The position numbers and the translations under genes were made by a program. Shown here one piece after another: positions 30,872 through 39,696 of a stretch of 64,000 bases of DNA. Source of the DNA: Kofleriaceae bacterium (GTDB lineage Bacteria > Myxococcota_A > Polyangia > Haliangiales > Haliangiaceae). The stretch spans positions 32,001-96,000 of the forward strand of contig CBDCCZ010000011.1 of the NCBI GenBank assembly GCA_965215005.1, written 5' to 3'. The notes under the pieces are model-generated. The model saw only the letters and a program-made list of their open reading frames with translations. It did not search any database and was not told the DNA's origin. Each line of letters begins with the position of its first letter. Within the stretch, counting starts at the first letter, position 1.

Positions 30872-31990
30872 ATGGGCAAAATCCTCCTGATGGGCCGCCG
30901 CTCGGCGGCCGTGGAGGCCGTTCGGCGCCTTGGCCACACGCCGATCACTCTCGACGTCGCGGCGCGTCCGCTCCAGGGACGCCGCGCCTACGGCGGCGCC
31001 GTCGCGGATGCCGTCGCAGCCGCACGCGCGCTGCTCGAGGGTACACGACCTGCGGCGGTGGTGGCTGTGGCCGAGGGTGCCGTGGCACCCGCCGCGGAGG
31101 TTCGCGCCTTCTTCGGCCTTCCGGGACTCTCACGAGAAGTCGCGGCGCGTTGCACCGATAAGCAGCACATGAAAGCGGCCATCGTCGCCGGCGGAGTGCC
31201 GTGTGCGCGCGCGGAAACCGTCACCAATGGCACCACCGCTGCGCAGCTCATCGAGGCGCTGGGGTTGCCGCTGGTTCTAAAGATTCCCCAGAGCTCGGGT
31301 GGCCGCGGCGTTCACATCGTGGAAACCGCGGCCGACGTGGCGGCGCAGATGCAGCCAGGCTTGCTCGCCGAGGCGCTGGTGAGCGGCGTCGAGATGAGCA
31401 TTGAGACGCTACAAGTTGCCGGCGCGGTGCGGTTTCGCAATCGCACGCGCTATCTGGTTCCGCGTTGGGCAAACGTCGTGCCTGCAGCGCTCGCCGCGGC
31501 CGAGCTCGAGGCGGTAGACGAGGTTTGCGATCGGGCGCTGCAGGCCCTGGGCGTGACTCACGGGATCTCGCATATCGAGCTGTTTCTCAGTGAGAAGGGG
31601 CCGCTCTTTAGCGAGATTGCCGCGCGACCACCCGGCGGCCGCATCATGGATCTCATCGAGCTCGCCTATGGCTTCGATCCGTGGGAGGCGCTGGTGCGTC
31701 TCGAGCTAGGAGAGGACGCAGTGCTCCCTCGCCAGCCAATGCGCTTCGCGGGCGCGTGGTTTCTCCATCCTGGAGCCGGGCAGGTGAAGCATATCCGCGG
31801 CCTCGAGCGCGCCGCGGCTCTACCTGGCGTGTGGCGCGCACGCTCTCGAGTGGGTATTGGCGCTCAGGTCGAGGCACGAGTTGGTAGCGGCCAAACCGTC
31901 GGCGATGTGATCGTGACCGGCGACTCCCACGACAGCTGCGTGGAGCGTCTGCGCCGGGCGCGTGAATGTATAGAGATCGACCTCGAGTGA
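30872..31990 (+). CDS. ATP-grasp domain protein (amino acid ligase-like)
   Basis: DKQHMK, PLVLK..SSGGRGV, EMSIE, HIELF, EIAARPPG. Confidence 0.88.
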   Translation: MGKILLMGRRSAAVEAVRRLGHTPITLDVAARPLQGRRAYGGAVADAVAAARALLEGTRPAAVVAVAEGAVAPAAEVRAFFGLPGLSREVAARCTDKQHMKAAIVAGGVPCARAETVTNGTTAAQLIEALGLPLVLKIPQSSGGRGVHIVETAADVAAQMQPGLLAEALVSGVEMSIETLQVAGAVRFRNRTRYLVPRWANVVPAALAAAELEAVDEVCDRALQALGVTHGISHIELFLSEKGPLFSEIAARPPGGRIMDLIELAYGFDPWEALVRLELGEDAVLPRQPMRFAGAWFLHPGAGQVKHIRGLERAAALPGVWRARSRVGIGAQVEARVGSGQTVGDVIVTGDSHDSCVERLRRARECIEIDLE

Positions 31991-32147
31991 GCTCGTGGCT
32001 CGAGGTCGAGTACGCGCTTCGGCGCGACGTCGCCGGCCGATTCGGCTCATGCCGAGATGTCACGATGTGGCGCGCTCGCTCCACGAGATTGTCGCAAGAG
32101 GACCCCACACCTCGCGGTCGACCAATGGTACGCGCTCCGCTCGCCAA

Positions 32148-32163
32148 TGGTCTCGTTCATGCA
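32148..32163 (+). promoter_or_regulatory. sigma54 promoter candidate
   Basis: TGGTCTCGTTCATGCA (GG-N10-GC) upstream of AGGAGG. Confidence 0.45.
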
Positions 32164-32189
32164 AAACACGCCGGCTCAGGAGGATGACG

Positions 32190-32375
32190 ATGCGTGCCAA
32201 TACCCTTTCTGTTGGAGACCTGATCGCAGCCCTTCACGACGAGGTCGATGCCAGCACCGCCGATGCTGAGCTCGCTGCGCATCTGGCAGCAATGTCGACG
32301 CTGGAGGTGCTCGTTCGCAACGGCAACTTTCAAGTCGCCGCCGAGCTCGCCGCCGACAATCTCGCGCAAGCATGA
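32190..32375 (+). CDS. Small hypothetical protein (61 aa)
   Basis: AGGAGG 6 nt before ATG; MRANTLSVGDLIAALHDEV...; followed by a hairpin. Confidence 0.7.
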   Translation: MRANTLSVGDLIAALHDEVDASTADAELAAHLAAMSTLEVLVRNGNFQVAAELAADNLAQA

Positions 32376-32383
32376 GGCCGCTG

Positions 32384-32418
32384 CGCCTAACGAAGGCAAA
32401 TCGGCTTTCGTTTGGGCG
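32384..32418 (+). terminator. Stem-loop after the small ORF
   Basis: CGCCTAACGAAGGC...GCTTTCGTTTGGGCG, imperfect stem. Confidence 0.45.
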
Positions 32419-32480
32419 AATCTGCCGGTTTCCTCCGGCGGTGTCTTGCAATAGTCGGCTAAATCGACCATAAAGCGATC

Positions 32481-33488
32481 GTGCAAGAACGGCAAAATCA
32501 CGGCGGCGGGCGTGAATCGGAGCTGGTTCTGCTCACAGGGGCGACCGGCTTCGTCGGGCGCCATCTGTACCCCGCGCTGCGCGCTGCCGGCTACAACGTT
32601 CGGTGTGGCAGTCGGCAGCCGGCGCGGGCGACAGAACTGCGCCCGAAGCGAGAGTGGGTTCGCCTCGACCTAGATGAAGCCAGCTCCGTACGGCGCGCAC
32701 TCGAAGGCTGTCGCGCAGCGATCTACCTCGTGCATCGGATGAAAGGCGGGGACGACTATCCCGATCGCGAGCGTCGCAGCGCTGAGGTGTTTGCGCGCGA
32801 GGCCGAGCGAGCTGGCGTGCGGCGAATTGTGTATCTAGGAGGCGTCGCTCCGCGCGGGAAGGGCTCGCGTCATCTCGCCAGCCGCCTCGAGACCGGAGCC
32901 ATCTTGCGGCGCAGCCGCGCCTCCACGGTGGAAATTCGCGCGGCGATGATCATTGGCGCGGGAGGCGAGAGCTGGACGATGGTGCGGGACCTTGCCAAGC
33001 GACTGCCGCTGATGGTGCTGCCGCGTTGGCTCAATCGCGGCTCGTGGCCGATTGCCATCGATGACGTGGTGCTGGCGTTGGTGGGAGCGCTGCAGCTACA
33101 TGCCGCCGACGCTGGCGTCTACGATGCACCTGGGCCGGAGCGTCTCACCCATCGAGAGACCCTCGAGCGGGCCGCTGCCGTGATGGGTAAGCATCCCACG
33201 ATGCTGCGAGTGCCGGTGCTCACGCCGCGGCTTTCGAGTTACTGGATCGGCTTGGTTACTGACGTCGATGTGGCCATGGCACGCGAGCTCATCGAGGGAA
33301 TTCGTTACGACCTCGATCCCAGCGGGCGTCTGATCTGGGATGCAATTGGTACGGGTCCGCAGCGAGCGCTCGACGAGGCGATGCGCGAAGCGCTGGCTGA
33401 CCGCGATGCGGCCATGTCGCCCGCGCCGCCGCATGCAGAACGCCTACGGTCACTGATTCGCCAGGTCTATGCGCCAGCGGAGTCGTAG
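32481..33488 (+). CDS. NAD(P)-binding atypical SDR (YbjT-like)
   Basis: TGATGFVG, IYLVH, IVYLGG, HLASR, IIGAGGES, PVLTPRLSSYW. Confidence 0.9.
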   Translation: MQERQNHGGGRESELVLLTGATGFVGRHLYPALRAAGYNVRCGSRQPARATELRPKREWVRLDLDEASSVRRALEGCRAAIYLVHRMKGGDDYPDRERRSAEVFAREAERAGVRRIVYLGGVAPRGKGSRHLASRLETGAILRRSRASTVEIRAAMIIGAGGESWTMVRDLAKRLPLMVLPRWLNRGSWPIAIDDVVLALVGALQLHAADAGVYDAPGPERLTHRETLERAAAVMGKHPTMLRVPVLTPRLSSYWIGLVTDVDVAMARELIEGIRYDLDPSGRLIWDAIGTGPQRALDEAMREALADRDAAMSPAPPHAERLRSLIRQVYAPAES

Positions 33489-34218
33489 ACCACAAGTGGG
33501 TGATAGCGATCCAGACGTGTTTGCAGAGGGCCGCGATCGACCGAAGAAGCGCCTAGGAAACGCTGGCGAGCGCCATGATGCGTCGAGCCCGGTGCGGCGC
33601 GGCGCTATCGCGGTAGCTGTCGCAACACTGGCTTTCTGGCTCAGCCTGCGTCTACACACGGAAGTGAGTGTGTGGGCGAGTACCGCGACGGCGGCGGTCG
33701 CGGCCGCGGCGGTCGCTGCCGCTACGTGGTGGCGGCGGCTGGTGGTCCTGTTGCGGCGCGACTCGTGGCGCTGGATGCTCGTTGGGCTCGCAGTAGGTGT
33801 GTTCATGGCGTTGGCCACCCACTTGGTGTACCCGCTCGCGGCGGCGCTGTTGCCGCCCATCGAGAGCGAGGTCGAGCGTCTCTATCGACAGCTGCAAGCG
33901 CCGCCGGGGCGGCTCGCGGCGATTCCCATTCTCGTCGCCGTGGTCGTCGTCGAAGAGCTGGTGTGGCGCGGCATCTTGGTGGACGTGCTGCGTCCGCGCC
34001 TGCGGGCGCCTGCGGTGATCATCGCTGCTTCACTGCTGTATGCGTTGCCGCAGATCGGCAGCGCGTCGTGGCTGCTAATCTTCGTTTCCGTCGGTTGTGG
34101 CGCGATATGGACGAGCCTGCGGCTGTGGAGCGGCGGGTTGCGGGCGCCCTTGGCGTGTCACCTGACGTGGGATGCGCTGGTATTCGTCGCGTTTCCGCTC
34201 GGCGGCGCTCTGGTCTAG
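33469..34218 (+). CDS. CPBP/CAAX intramembrane glutamic endopeptidase (start uncertain)
   Basis: EELVWRG and CHLTWD motifs, multiple TM segments. Confidence 0.85.
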   Translation: MRQRSRRPQVGDSDPDVFAEGRDRPKKRLGNAGERHDASSPVRRGAIAVAVATLAFWLSLRLHTEVSVWASTATAAVAAAAVAAATWWRRLVVLLRRDSWRWMLVGLAVGVFMALATHLVYPLAAALLPPIESEVERLYRQLQAPPGRLAAIPILVAVVVVEELVWRGILVDVLRPRLRAPAVIIAASLLYALPQIGSASWLLIFVSVGCGAIWTSLRLWSGGLRAPLACHLTWDALVFVAFPLGGALV

Positions 34219-34330
34219 CGGTGGTCTAGCGGTTCCCGGTGACCTTGCCGCTGCGTGTATCATCGCAGCGGCCTATCATGCTGCACTTTCAGATTCGCGG
34301 ATTCTCGGCGGCGCGTGTTGGTGAGCCTTC

Positions 34331-36385
34331 ATGAGCGGCGCGTCGCCAATGCGCTTTACCAACGTCGCCACGCTAGTCGATCACGTACTCGACCAGGTGG
34401 GGCAACGCATCGTTCTCGGGGTGCCGCTGGGGCTCGGAAAGCCCAATCACATCGTCAATGAAATCTATCGGCGCGCCGCCGCGGATCCGTCAATCGAGCT
34501 CGAGATTCTCACCGCGCTCACGTTGTCGCGGCCGACCGCGGCGGGCGAGCTCGAGCGTCGTTTGCTCGAGCCCATGGCCCGACGCATCTTTGGCGACTAT
34601 CCGGAGCTTGCGTATACCGAGCCGCGCATGCGCGGCCAGCTGCCGCCCAACATCCGCGTTGTCGAGTTCTATCTCGCACCGGGAGAGCTAACCGACGTAG
34701 CCGCGGCGCAACGCGACTACGTAAGCCTTAACTACACGCATGCAGTACGGCATTTGCTAGAAGCTGGCGTCAACGTGGTTGCCACGTTGGTAGGTGAAGC
34801 AGACGATGTCTTCAGCTTGGGCAGCAACGCCGACTTGGTGCCTGAGCTTCTGCCCCAGCTCGCCAAGCGTCGTCGCGCCGGCGAGCGGGTCATGGTGCTG
34901 GCGCAGGTCAATCGCAATATGCCAATGATGGTCGGCGATGCGCTTCTGTCACCCGATGCGGTCGACGCGGTTCTCGAAGGACCAGCGGCCACCTTCGAGC
35001 TGTTCGGTCCGCCCAAGCGCGCAGTCTCAGCGCAAGATTATCTCATTGGTTTGCATGCAAGTGCGCTGCTGCGAGATGGTGGCACGCTTCAGCTCGGTAT
35101 CGGCTCGCTCGGCGACGCGATTACCTATGCGTTGATCCTGCGGCAACACAAGAACGCGGTGTATCGCGGCCTATTAGCAGGAACGCCTGCAATAGGTCTC
35201 ATCGAGCGCATCGGGGGCCTGGGCCAGTTTCGTCGCGGCCTGTACGGCAACACCGAGATGTTGGTCGATGGGTTCTTGCACCTTTGGGAACAGGGCATCT
35301 TGATCCGTCGTGCGTATGCGTCGCTGGTGGTTCAAGAGCTGGTCGATGCTGGCAAGCTATCAGAGCAGGTCACGAGCGAGACGCTGCGTGTATTGAGAGA
35401 CGAGGGCGTGAGCTCGCGCGAGCTGCTCATCGAGCTCGGCGTGCTGCAGGCCAGCGCCCCCGCATCGCTCGATGACGTCCGGCCCGAGCACCTGGGTGAG
35501 CGCCTGCGCGGAGTCGTCTGTCACGCCGGCTTCTTCATCGGGCCGCGCAGCATGTATGAACGGTTGCGCACGATGAGCGCGGCGGACCGCGCGGCATTCG
35601 AGATGCGCAGAATCTCGTACGTCAACGCGCTCTATGGCGAAGAGGAACTAAAGCGCGCCCAACGCCGTCACGCGCGATTCCTCAACACGGCAATGAAGAT
35701 CACGCTCGATGGCGCCGCGGCTTCGGACGCGCTCGAGGATGGTCGCGTGGTGAGCGGCGTTGGTGGTCAGCACGACTTCGTCACCATGGCCCACGCTCTC
35801 GAAGAGGGTCGCTCGATTCTCATGGTGCGCGCCGTGCGCGGTAGCGGCGATCAAGCGCGCTCCAACATCGTCTGGCGCTACGGCACCGCGACCATTCCCC
35901 GCCACCTGCGCGACGTGGTCGTGAGTGAGTATGGCATTGCCGACTTGCGCGGAAAGACCGACCGCGAGGTCGCCGAGGCCCTAATCGCCATTGCAGACTC
36001 TCGTTTCCAGCCCCAGCTCGTCGCCGCCGCCAAAGCCGCAGACAAGCTGCCCCGAGACTGGGCAGTGCCCGATTCGCAACGACACAACCTACCCGCAAGA
36101 GTCGCCGCGACCCTCGAACGCGTCAAAGAAGCCGGCTTGTTCCCAGCATTTCCCTTCGGCACCGACCTCACCGCCGAAGAAGTGCTGCTCGCCCGCGTGC
36201 TGCCGCGTTTGCGTCACCCGCACCTGCCGAGCTTCGAGGAGCTCGGCGCCATGCTCCTGCCCTCCGAAGCCGCCAAGCCGTACCTCGAGCGCCTCGGTCT
36301 CGCCGAGCCTTCCGGCCTCCGCGAACGCGCTTTACAGAAAGCCGTGCTCTACGCCCTCGCCGAGGAGCTAGGCGCCAGCGACTAG
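34331..36385 (+). CDS. Acetyl-CoA hydrolase/transferase family protein
   Basis: PLGLGKPN, NYTH, DGGTLQLGIG, SGVGGQHDFV, TIPRHLRDVVVSEYGIADLRGK. Confidence 0.92.
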   Translation: MSGASPMRFTNVATLVDHVLDQVGQRIVLGVPLGLGKPNHIVNEIYRRAAADPSIELEILTALTLSRPTAAGELERRLLEPMARRIFGDYPELAYTEPRMRGQLPPNIRVVEFYLAPGELTDVAAAQRDYVSLNYTHAVRHLLEAGVNVVATLVGEADDVFSLGSNADLVPELLPQLAKRRRAGERVMVLAQVNRNMPMMVGDALLSPDAVDAVLEGPAATFELFGPPKRAVSAQDYLIGLHASALLRDGGTLQLGIGSLGDAITYALILRQHKNAVYRGLLAGTPAIGLIERIGGLGQFRRGLYGNTEMLVDGFLHLWEQGILIRRAYASLVVQELVDAGKLSEQVTSETLRVLRDEGVSSRELLIELGVLQASAPASLDDVRPEHLGERLRGVVCHAGFFIGPRSMYERLRTMSAADRAAFEMRRISYVNALYGEEELKRAQRRHARFLNTAMKITLDGAAASDALEDGRVVSGVGGQHDFVTMAHALEEGRSILMVRAVRGSGDQARSNIVWRYGTATIPRHLRDVVVSEYGIADLRGKTDREVAEALIAIADSRFQPQLVAAAKAADKLPRDWAVPDSQRHNLPARVAATLERVKEAGLFPAFPFGTDLTAEEVLLARVLPRLRHPHLPSFEELGAMLLPSEAAKPYLERLGLAEPSGLRERALQKAVLYALAEELGASD

Positions 36386-36500
36386 CATCAACTGTATTGG
36401 GTGATTGTTGCCGTAAGTCGGTGACGCGGCAGCTGGCGCTCAGTGCTTCATCGGGCAGTGAGATGCGCGGATTGATGCGCAGCTGCCCCGAGCCGAAGCC

Positions 36501-37619
36501 TTAGGGCTTGTCAGAGCGGTCGGGGTCGTCGTCGAGCTCGGGGGGGAGGGGCTGTTCGATGGTGTCGCCGAGGGCGTCGAATTCGTCGTCGATTTGGCGG
36601 GCGGTGCGCTGGGTGCTGCGGGCGTTGAGCTCGCGTGGGGAGACGGCAGCGTCGTCGTCGTCGTCTTCGACGATGCGCATGGGCTGAGTGGCGCGGAAGT
36701 CACCGGCGCTGAGGCGACTGGTGCCGGCGGCGGGCTTCTTGGAGGCCGGAACGTCTTCGCCGATGTCGACTGGCAAGGTGTCGTCGCGGTCGATGGCTGC
36801 GGGGATGCCGTCGCTCATTTCGCCGTCGATGATGCTGCTCACGATGGCTTCGTCGCAGTCGAGGACGCGGGCGAGGACGCCGGTGATATTGTCGTGGCCG
36901 CCGCGTTCTTTGGCGAGCTCGATCAGCGCGTGCAAGGCTTCATCGGGCTCGCGCTCGCTGATGTAGTCGGCGAGCTCTTGCTCGCCGGGGAAGTAGTCGT
37001 GCAGTCCGTCGGAGCAGAGGAGCAGGTGGTCGCCTTTGCGCAGCTGCACGTGCGCCATCTCCACGCCGACGTCGGGGGCGACGCCGATGGCGTTGACGAG
37101 AATGGTGCGCAGCGGCGACATCTGCGCTTCTTCCGCCGACAGCTTGCCTTCGATGACCAGCACCTCGGCCACGGTGTGGTCGGTGGTGACCTGCGCGGCC
37201 TTGCCGTCGCGTATCAAATACGTGCGGCTATCGCCGACGTGAGCGATGAAGGCCTCGGCGCCGGCGATCAGCGCCACGTCGAGGGTGGTGCCCATGCCCT
37301 GTTTGTCGCTCTCGCTCGTGCCGCGGTCGAATACCGCTTGATGCGCCGCACGCACCGCTTCTTCGAGGAGCACCACGAGCGCTTTGCGACCTTCTTCGCT
37401 TGGCTCGCTGGTAAACGCTGCAATCCTCTCGCGCGCGTCTTCGAGTGCCTCGCGCACGGTTTCCACCGCCATGGCGCTGGCGACCTCGCCGGCTGCGTGG
37501 CCTCCCATGCCATCAGCAACTACGAAGAAGACATGCGAGGCGTCGACGTGCGCTGCGTCTTCGTTGTGGTCACGCACGATGCCAACGTCGGTGAGCATCG
37601 CGGCGTGCATTTTCGTCAT
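36501..37619 (-). CDS. PP2C-family Ser/Thr phosphatase with an acidic C-terminal tail
   Basis: [31 protein letters not shown]; start moved to MTKMH. Confidence 0.95.
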   Translation of the reverse strand: MTKMHAAMLTDVGIVRDHNEDAAHVDASHVFFVVADGMGGHAAGEVASAMAVETVREALEDARERIAAFTSEPSEEGRKALVVLLEEAVRAAHQAVFDRGTSESDKQGMGTTLDVALIAGAEAFIAHVGDSRTYLIRDGKAAQVTTDHTVAEVLVIEGKLSAEEAQMSPLRTILVNAIGVAPDVGVEMAHVQLRKGDHLLLCSDGLHDYFPGEQELADYISEREPDEALHALIELAKERGGHDNITGVLARVLDCDEAIVSSIIDGEMSDGIPAAIDRDDTLPVDIGEDVPASKKPAAGTSRLSAGDFRATQPMRIVEDDDDDAAVSPRELNARSTQRTARQIDDEFDALGDTIEQPLPPELDDDPDRSDKP

Positions 37620-37824
37620 CGCCGGCACTGGTGGTTTGACTTGCCCTCGAACAGCGAAACTCTTCAATGTTTCCCACGGGCTGCGGGGGGTTGTCCACCC
37701 TTGCCGCGGCAATTGGGCAGCTGCGTCGGCCCCCGCCACTGCTGATGGTAGCCGACAAACACCACGGCGGCGCCGACGAACCGAGCGATTTTCGTTCGTG
37801 CCGCGGTAGGTGTCGGGCGTCGTG

Positions 37825-38739
37825 CTACAGCGCCAGCGCGACGGAGGTTCGATGATCCTCGACGTGCAGCTCTGGCGGTGCTCGCCCCGCATCGGCCAAT
37901 GCCCGCCCCTGGCGCTCGAGGCGCGCGCAGCCGAGGTCAACGGCCCCAGGCTCGCGATCGCTGGCGATGAAGCGCCGTCCCAGCCGCTGTGCAACCACCG
38001 CCGTGGTTCCCGAGCCAGAAAACCAATCGGCCACGAGGTCACCCGGGCCAGTCGTCGCTTTGATGATGCGTTCGAGGAGCCGTTCGGGCTTCTGGGTCGG
38101 CCACCCGATACGCTCGCTGTCGCCGCGATTGAGAAGCTCGATGTCGGTCCACCAGTCTTCGGGAATCTTGCCGCGCGCCACCGGATAGCGATAAACCTTG
38201 CCGGTTTTGCGGTGGGTCTTCTCTTGCACCGGTTGGCCATCCTCGTCCAGCACGACCCGCATGTGTGAGCCGCCCTTGCGCGGCACACGTACCGCGTCGG
38301 GATAGAATGCGTAGTCGGTGCTGCGGCCGTACCAGAGAATGGTGTCGTGTTTCTTGCCGAACGCGCGGCGGCTCTTGCCGCCCACCGAGTAACACCAGAT
38401 GAGCTCATTGATGAAGTGCGCGCGGCCAAACAACCGGTCCAGCGCGACCTTGACGTAGTGCACCGCGCGATAGTCGAGGTGAACCAGCAAGGAGCCACTG
38501 TGGCGGAGCACGCGGCGGGTGTGCTCGAGTCGGGGCCAGAGCCACTCGACGAACGCTTCCGGATCGCTCATGCGGTCGTCGTACGCATGGGCGGATCCGC
38601 TGCGGCGGATGGTGCCGGTCGCGAACGGTGGGTCGATGTACACTAGGTCGATGCTGGCCTCCGGCAGCTGCTCGAGGATTGGCAGGTTGTCGCCGAGCAG
38701 CAGGCGATCGGGACCTTCGAGCTCGGCTGTGCCCTCCAT
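37825..38739 (-). CDS. Beta-class N6-adenine/N4-cytosine DNA methyltransferase, orphan
   Basis: DLVYIDPPF (motif IV) precedes PTQKP and DWFSGSGTT (motif I). Confidence 0.92.
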   Translation of the reverse strand: MEGTAELEGPDRLLLGDNLPILEQLPEASIDLVYIDPPFATGTIRRSGSAHAYDDRMSDPEAFVEWLWPRLEHTRRVLRHSGSLLVHLDYRAVHYVKVALDRLFGRAHFINELIWCYSVGGKSRRAFGKKHDTILWYGRSTDYAFYPDAVRVPRKGGSHMRVVLDEDGQPVQEKTHRKTGKVYRYPVARGKIPEDWWTDIELLNRGDSERIGWPTQKPERLLERIIKATTGPGDLVADWFSGSGTTAVVAQRLGRRFIASDREPGAVDLGCARLERQGRALADAGRAPPELHVEDHRTSVALAL

Positions 38740-38810
38740 CGCGCCCGCAGCGCGGAATTGGATGCGCCGGTTGAGCATTGAACGCGGGCAACCTACCATC
38801 CGCCGGTGAC

Positions 38811-39125
38811 ATGCGATTTGGCCCCTGGTATCCCCTCGCCGAGTGCGCTCCGCATGCGACGGCTATCGCTGGTGTGCTCCAGCTACGCATCGCGACCGGA
38901 CTCATCGATTATCCCACCGGCAAAAGCGCCATGATTCACTATCGCGCTACCCGCAACGTGCGCGCTGCCATTGCCGAGCTCGCCGCCCGTCACGTCGGGC
39001 GCTCGTGGTTGTGTCGCTTTACGATTGCGATGACGGCGAGCGAAGCTGCCGACGTGGAGCGCGCCGCGGAAGACCTGCTCGACACCTTCACGCGCCGCTT
39101 CGGTGCGGCTCCCACGCTGCCATGA
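38811..39125 (+). CDS. Hypothetical protein, possibly a degenerate GIY-YIG-like fold
   Basis: MRFGPWYPL...GVLQLR...[13 protein letters not shown]...[13 protein letters not shown] coupling to the next gene. Confidence 0.65.
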   Translation: MRFGPWYPLAECAPHATAIAGVLQLRIATGLIDYPTGKSAMIHYRATRNVRAAIAELAARHVGRSWLCRFTIAMTASEAADVERAAEDLLDTFTRRFGAAPTLP

Positions 39126-39685
39126 AGCTCATCGAATCCGATGCGGTCTCGCCGCGTGATGAGGATCCTGCTGTCGAGCGTCCGGTGCCGCCGCCGCCGG
39201 TACGGCGCCGGGTCTCGGTATCGCTTCTGTTCTCGCTATCGGTGCTCGTGGGCACGGTGGTGGCGATTTATCTGATCTTCCCGGCGCGCGACAACGTGCT
39301 CGTGACCGAGAGCGTGCGCGCGCATCGGCTCGGTCCGACCGAGGATGCACTGCGCGAGCCGACCTTTGGCGAGCTTGCGGCGTGGAGCCTGGGCTCGATG
39401 AAGCGCACGGTGCCATGGCCGCAGGTGTCGGGCGCGAGCATTGGCTGGGCGCGCAGCATCGAGGTCCTCAATCATCAGGCGTTGGCGGCTCACTATCAGC
39501 TGCCGGAAGGCGAGGTCACGGTGGTGATCGAGCGCGCACGCGATGCAGTGCCGCGTCGCTACACTCGCACCGAAGAGGAGCTCCTCATCGATTCGTGGCA
39601 GAGCGGGCGCTGGACAGTGGTTGCAGTTGGGCGCGCCGAAGGTAGCGACGTCTGGCGGCACACGCTCGGCGTACCCCGACGCTAG
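39122..39685 (+). CDS. Hypothetical single-TM membrane protein
   Basis: ATGA overlap; TM segment SLLFSLSVLVGTVVAIYLIF. Confidence 0.7.
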   Translation: MKLIESDAVSPRDEDPAVERPVPPPPVRRRVSVSLLFSLSVLVGTVVAIYLIFPARDNVLVTESVRAHRLGPTEDALREPTFGELAAWSLGSMKRTVPWPQVSGASIGWARSIEVLNHQALAAHYQLPEGEVTVVIERARDAVPRRYTRTEEELLIDSWQSGRWTVVAVGRAEGSDVWRHTLGVPRR

Positions 39686-39696
39686 CGCTTACCTAT

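Noticed and set aside
36478..37725. 11-bp inverted repeat (CGCAGCTGCCC / GGGCAGCTGCG) flanking the PP2C gene, as mobile-element ends
   Set aside because: Short, GC-rich, no transposase or target duplication; likely chance
36501..38498. 665-aa ORF as an MTase-PP2C fusion
   Set aside because: Its N-terminal half is an off-frame overlap of the MTase; PP2C starts at 37619 and the MTase has its own stop
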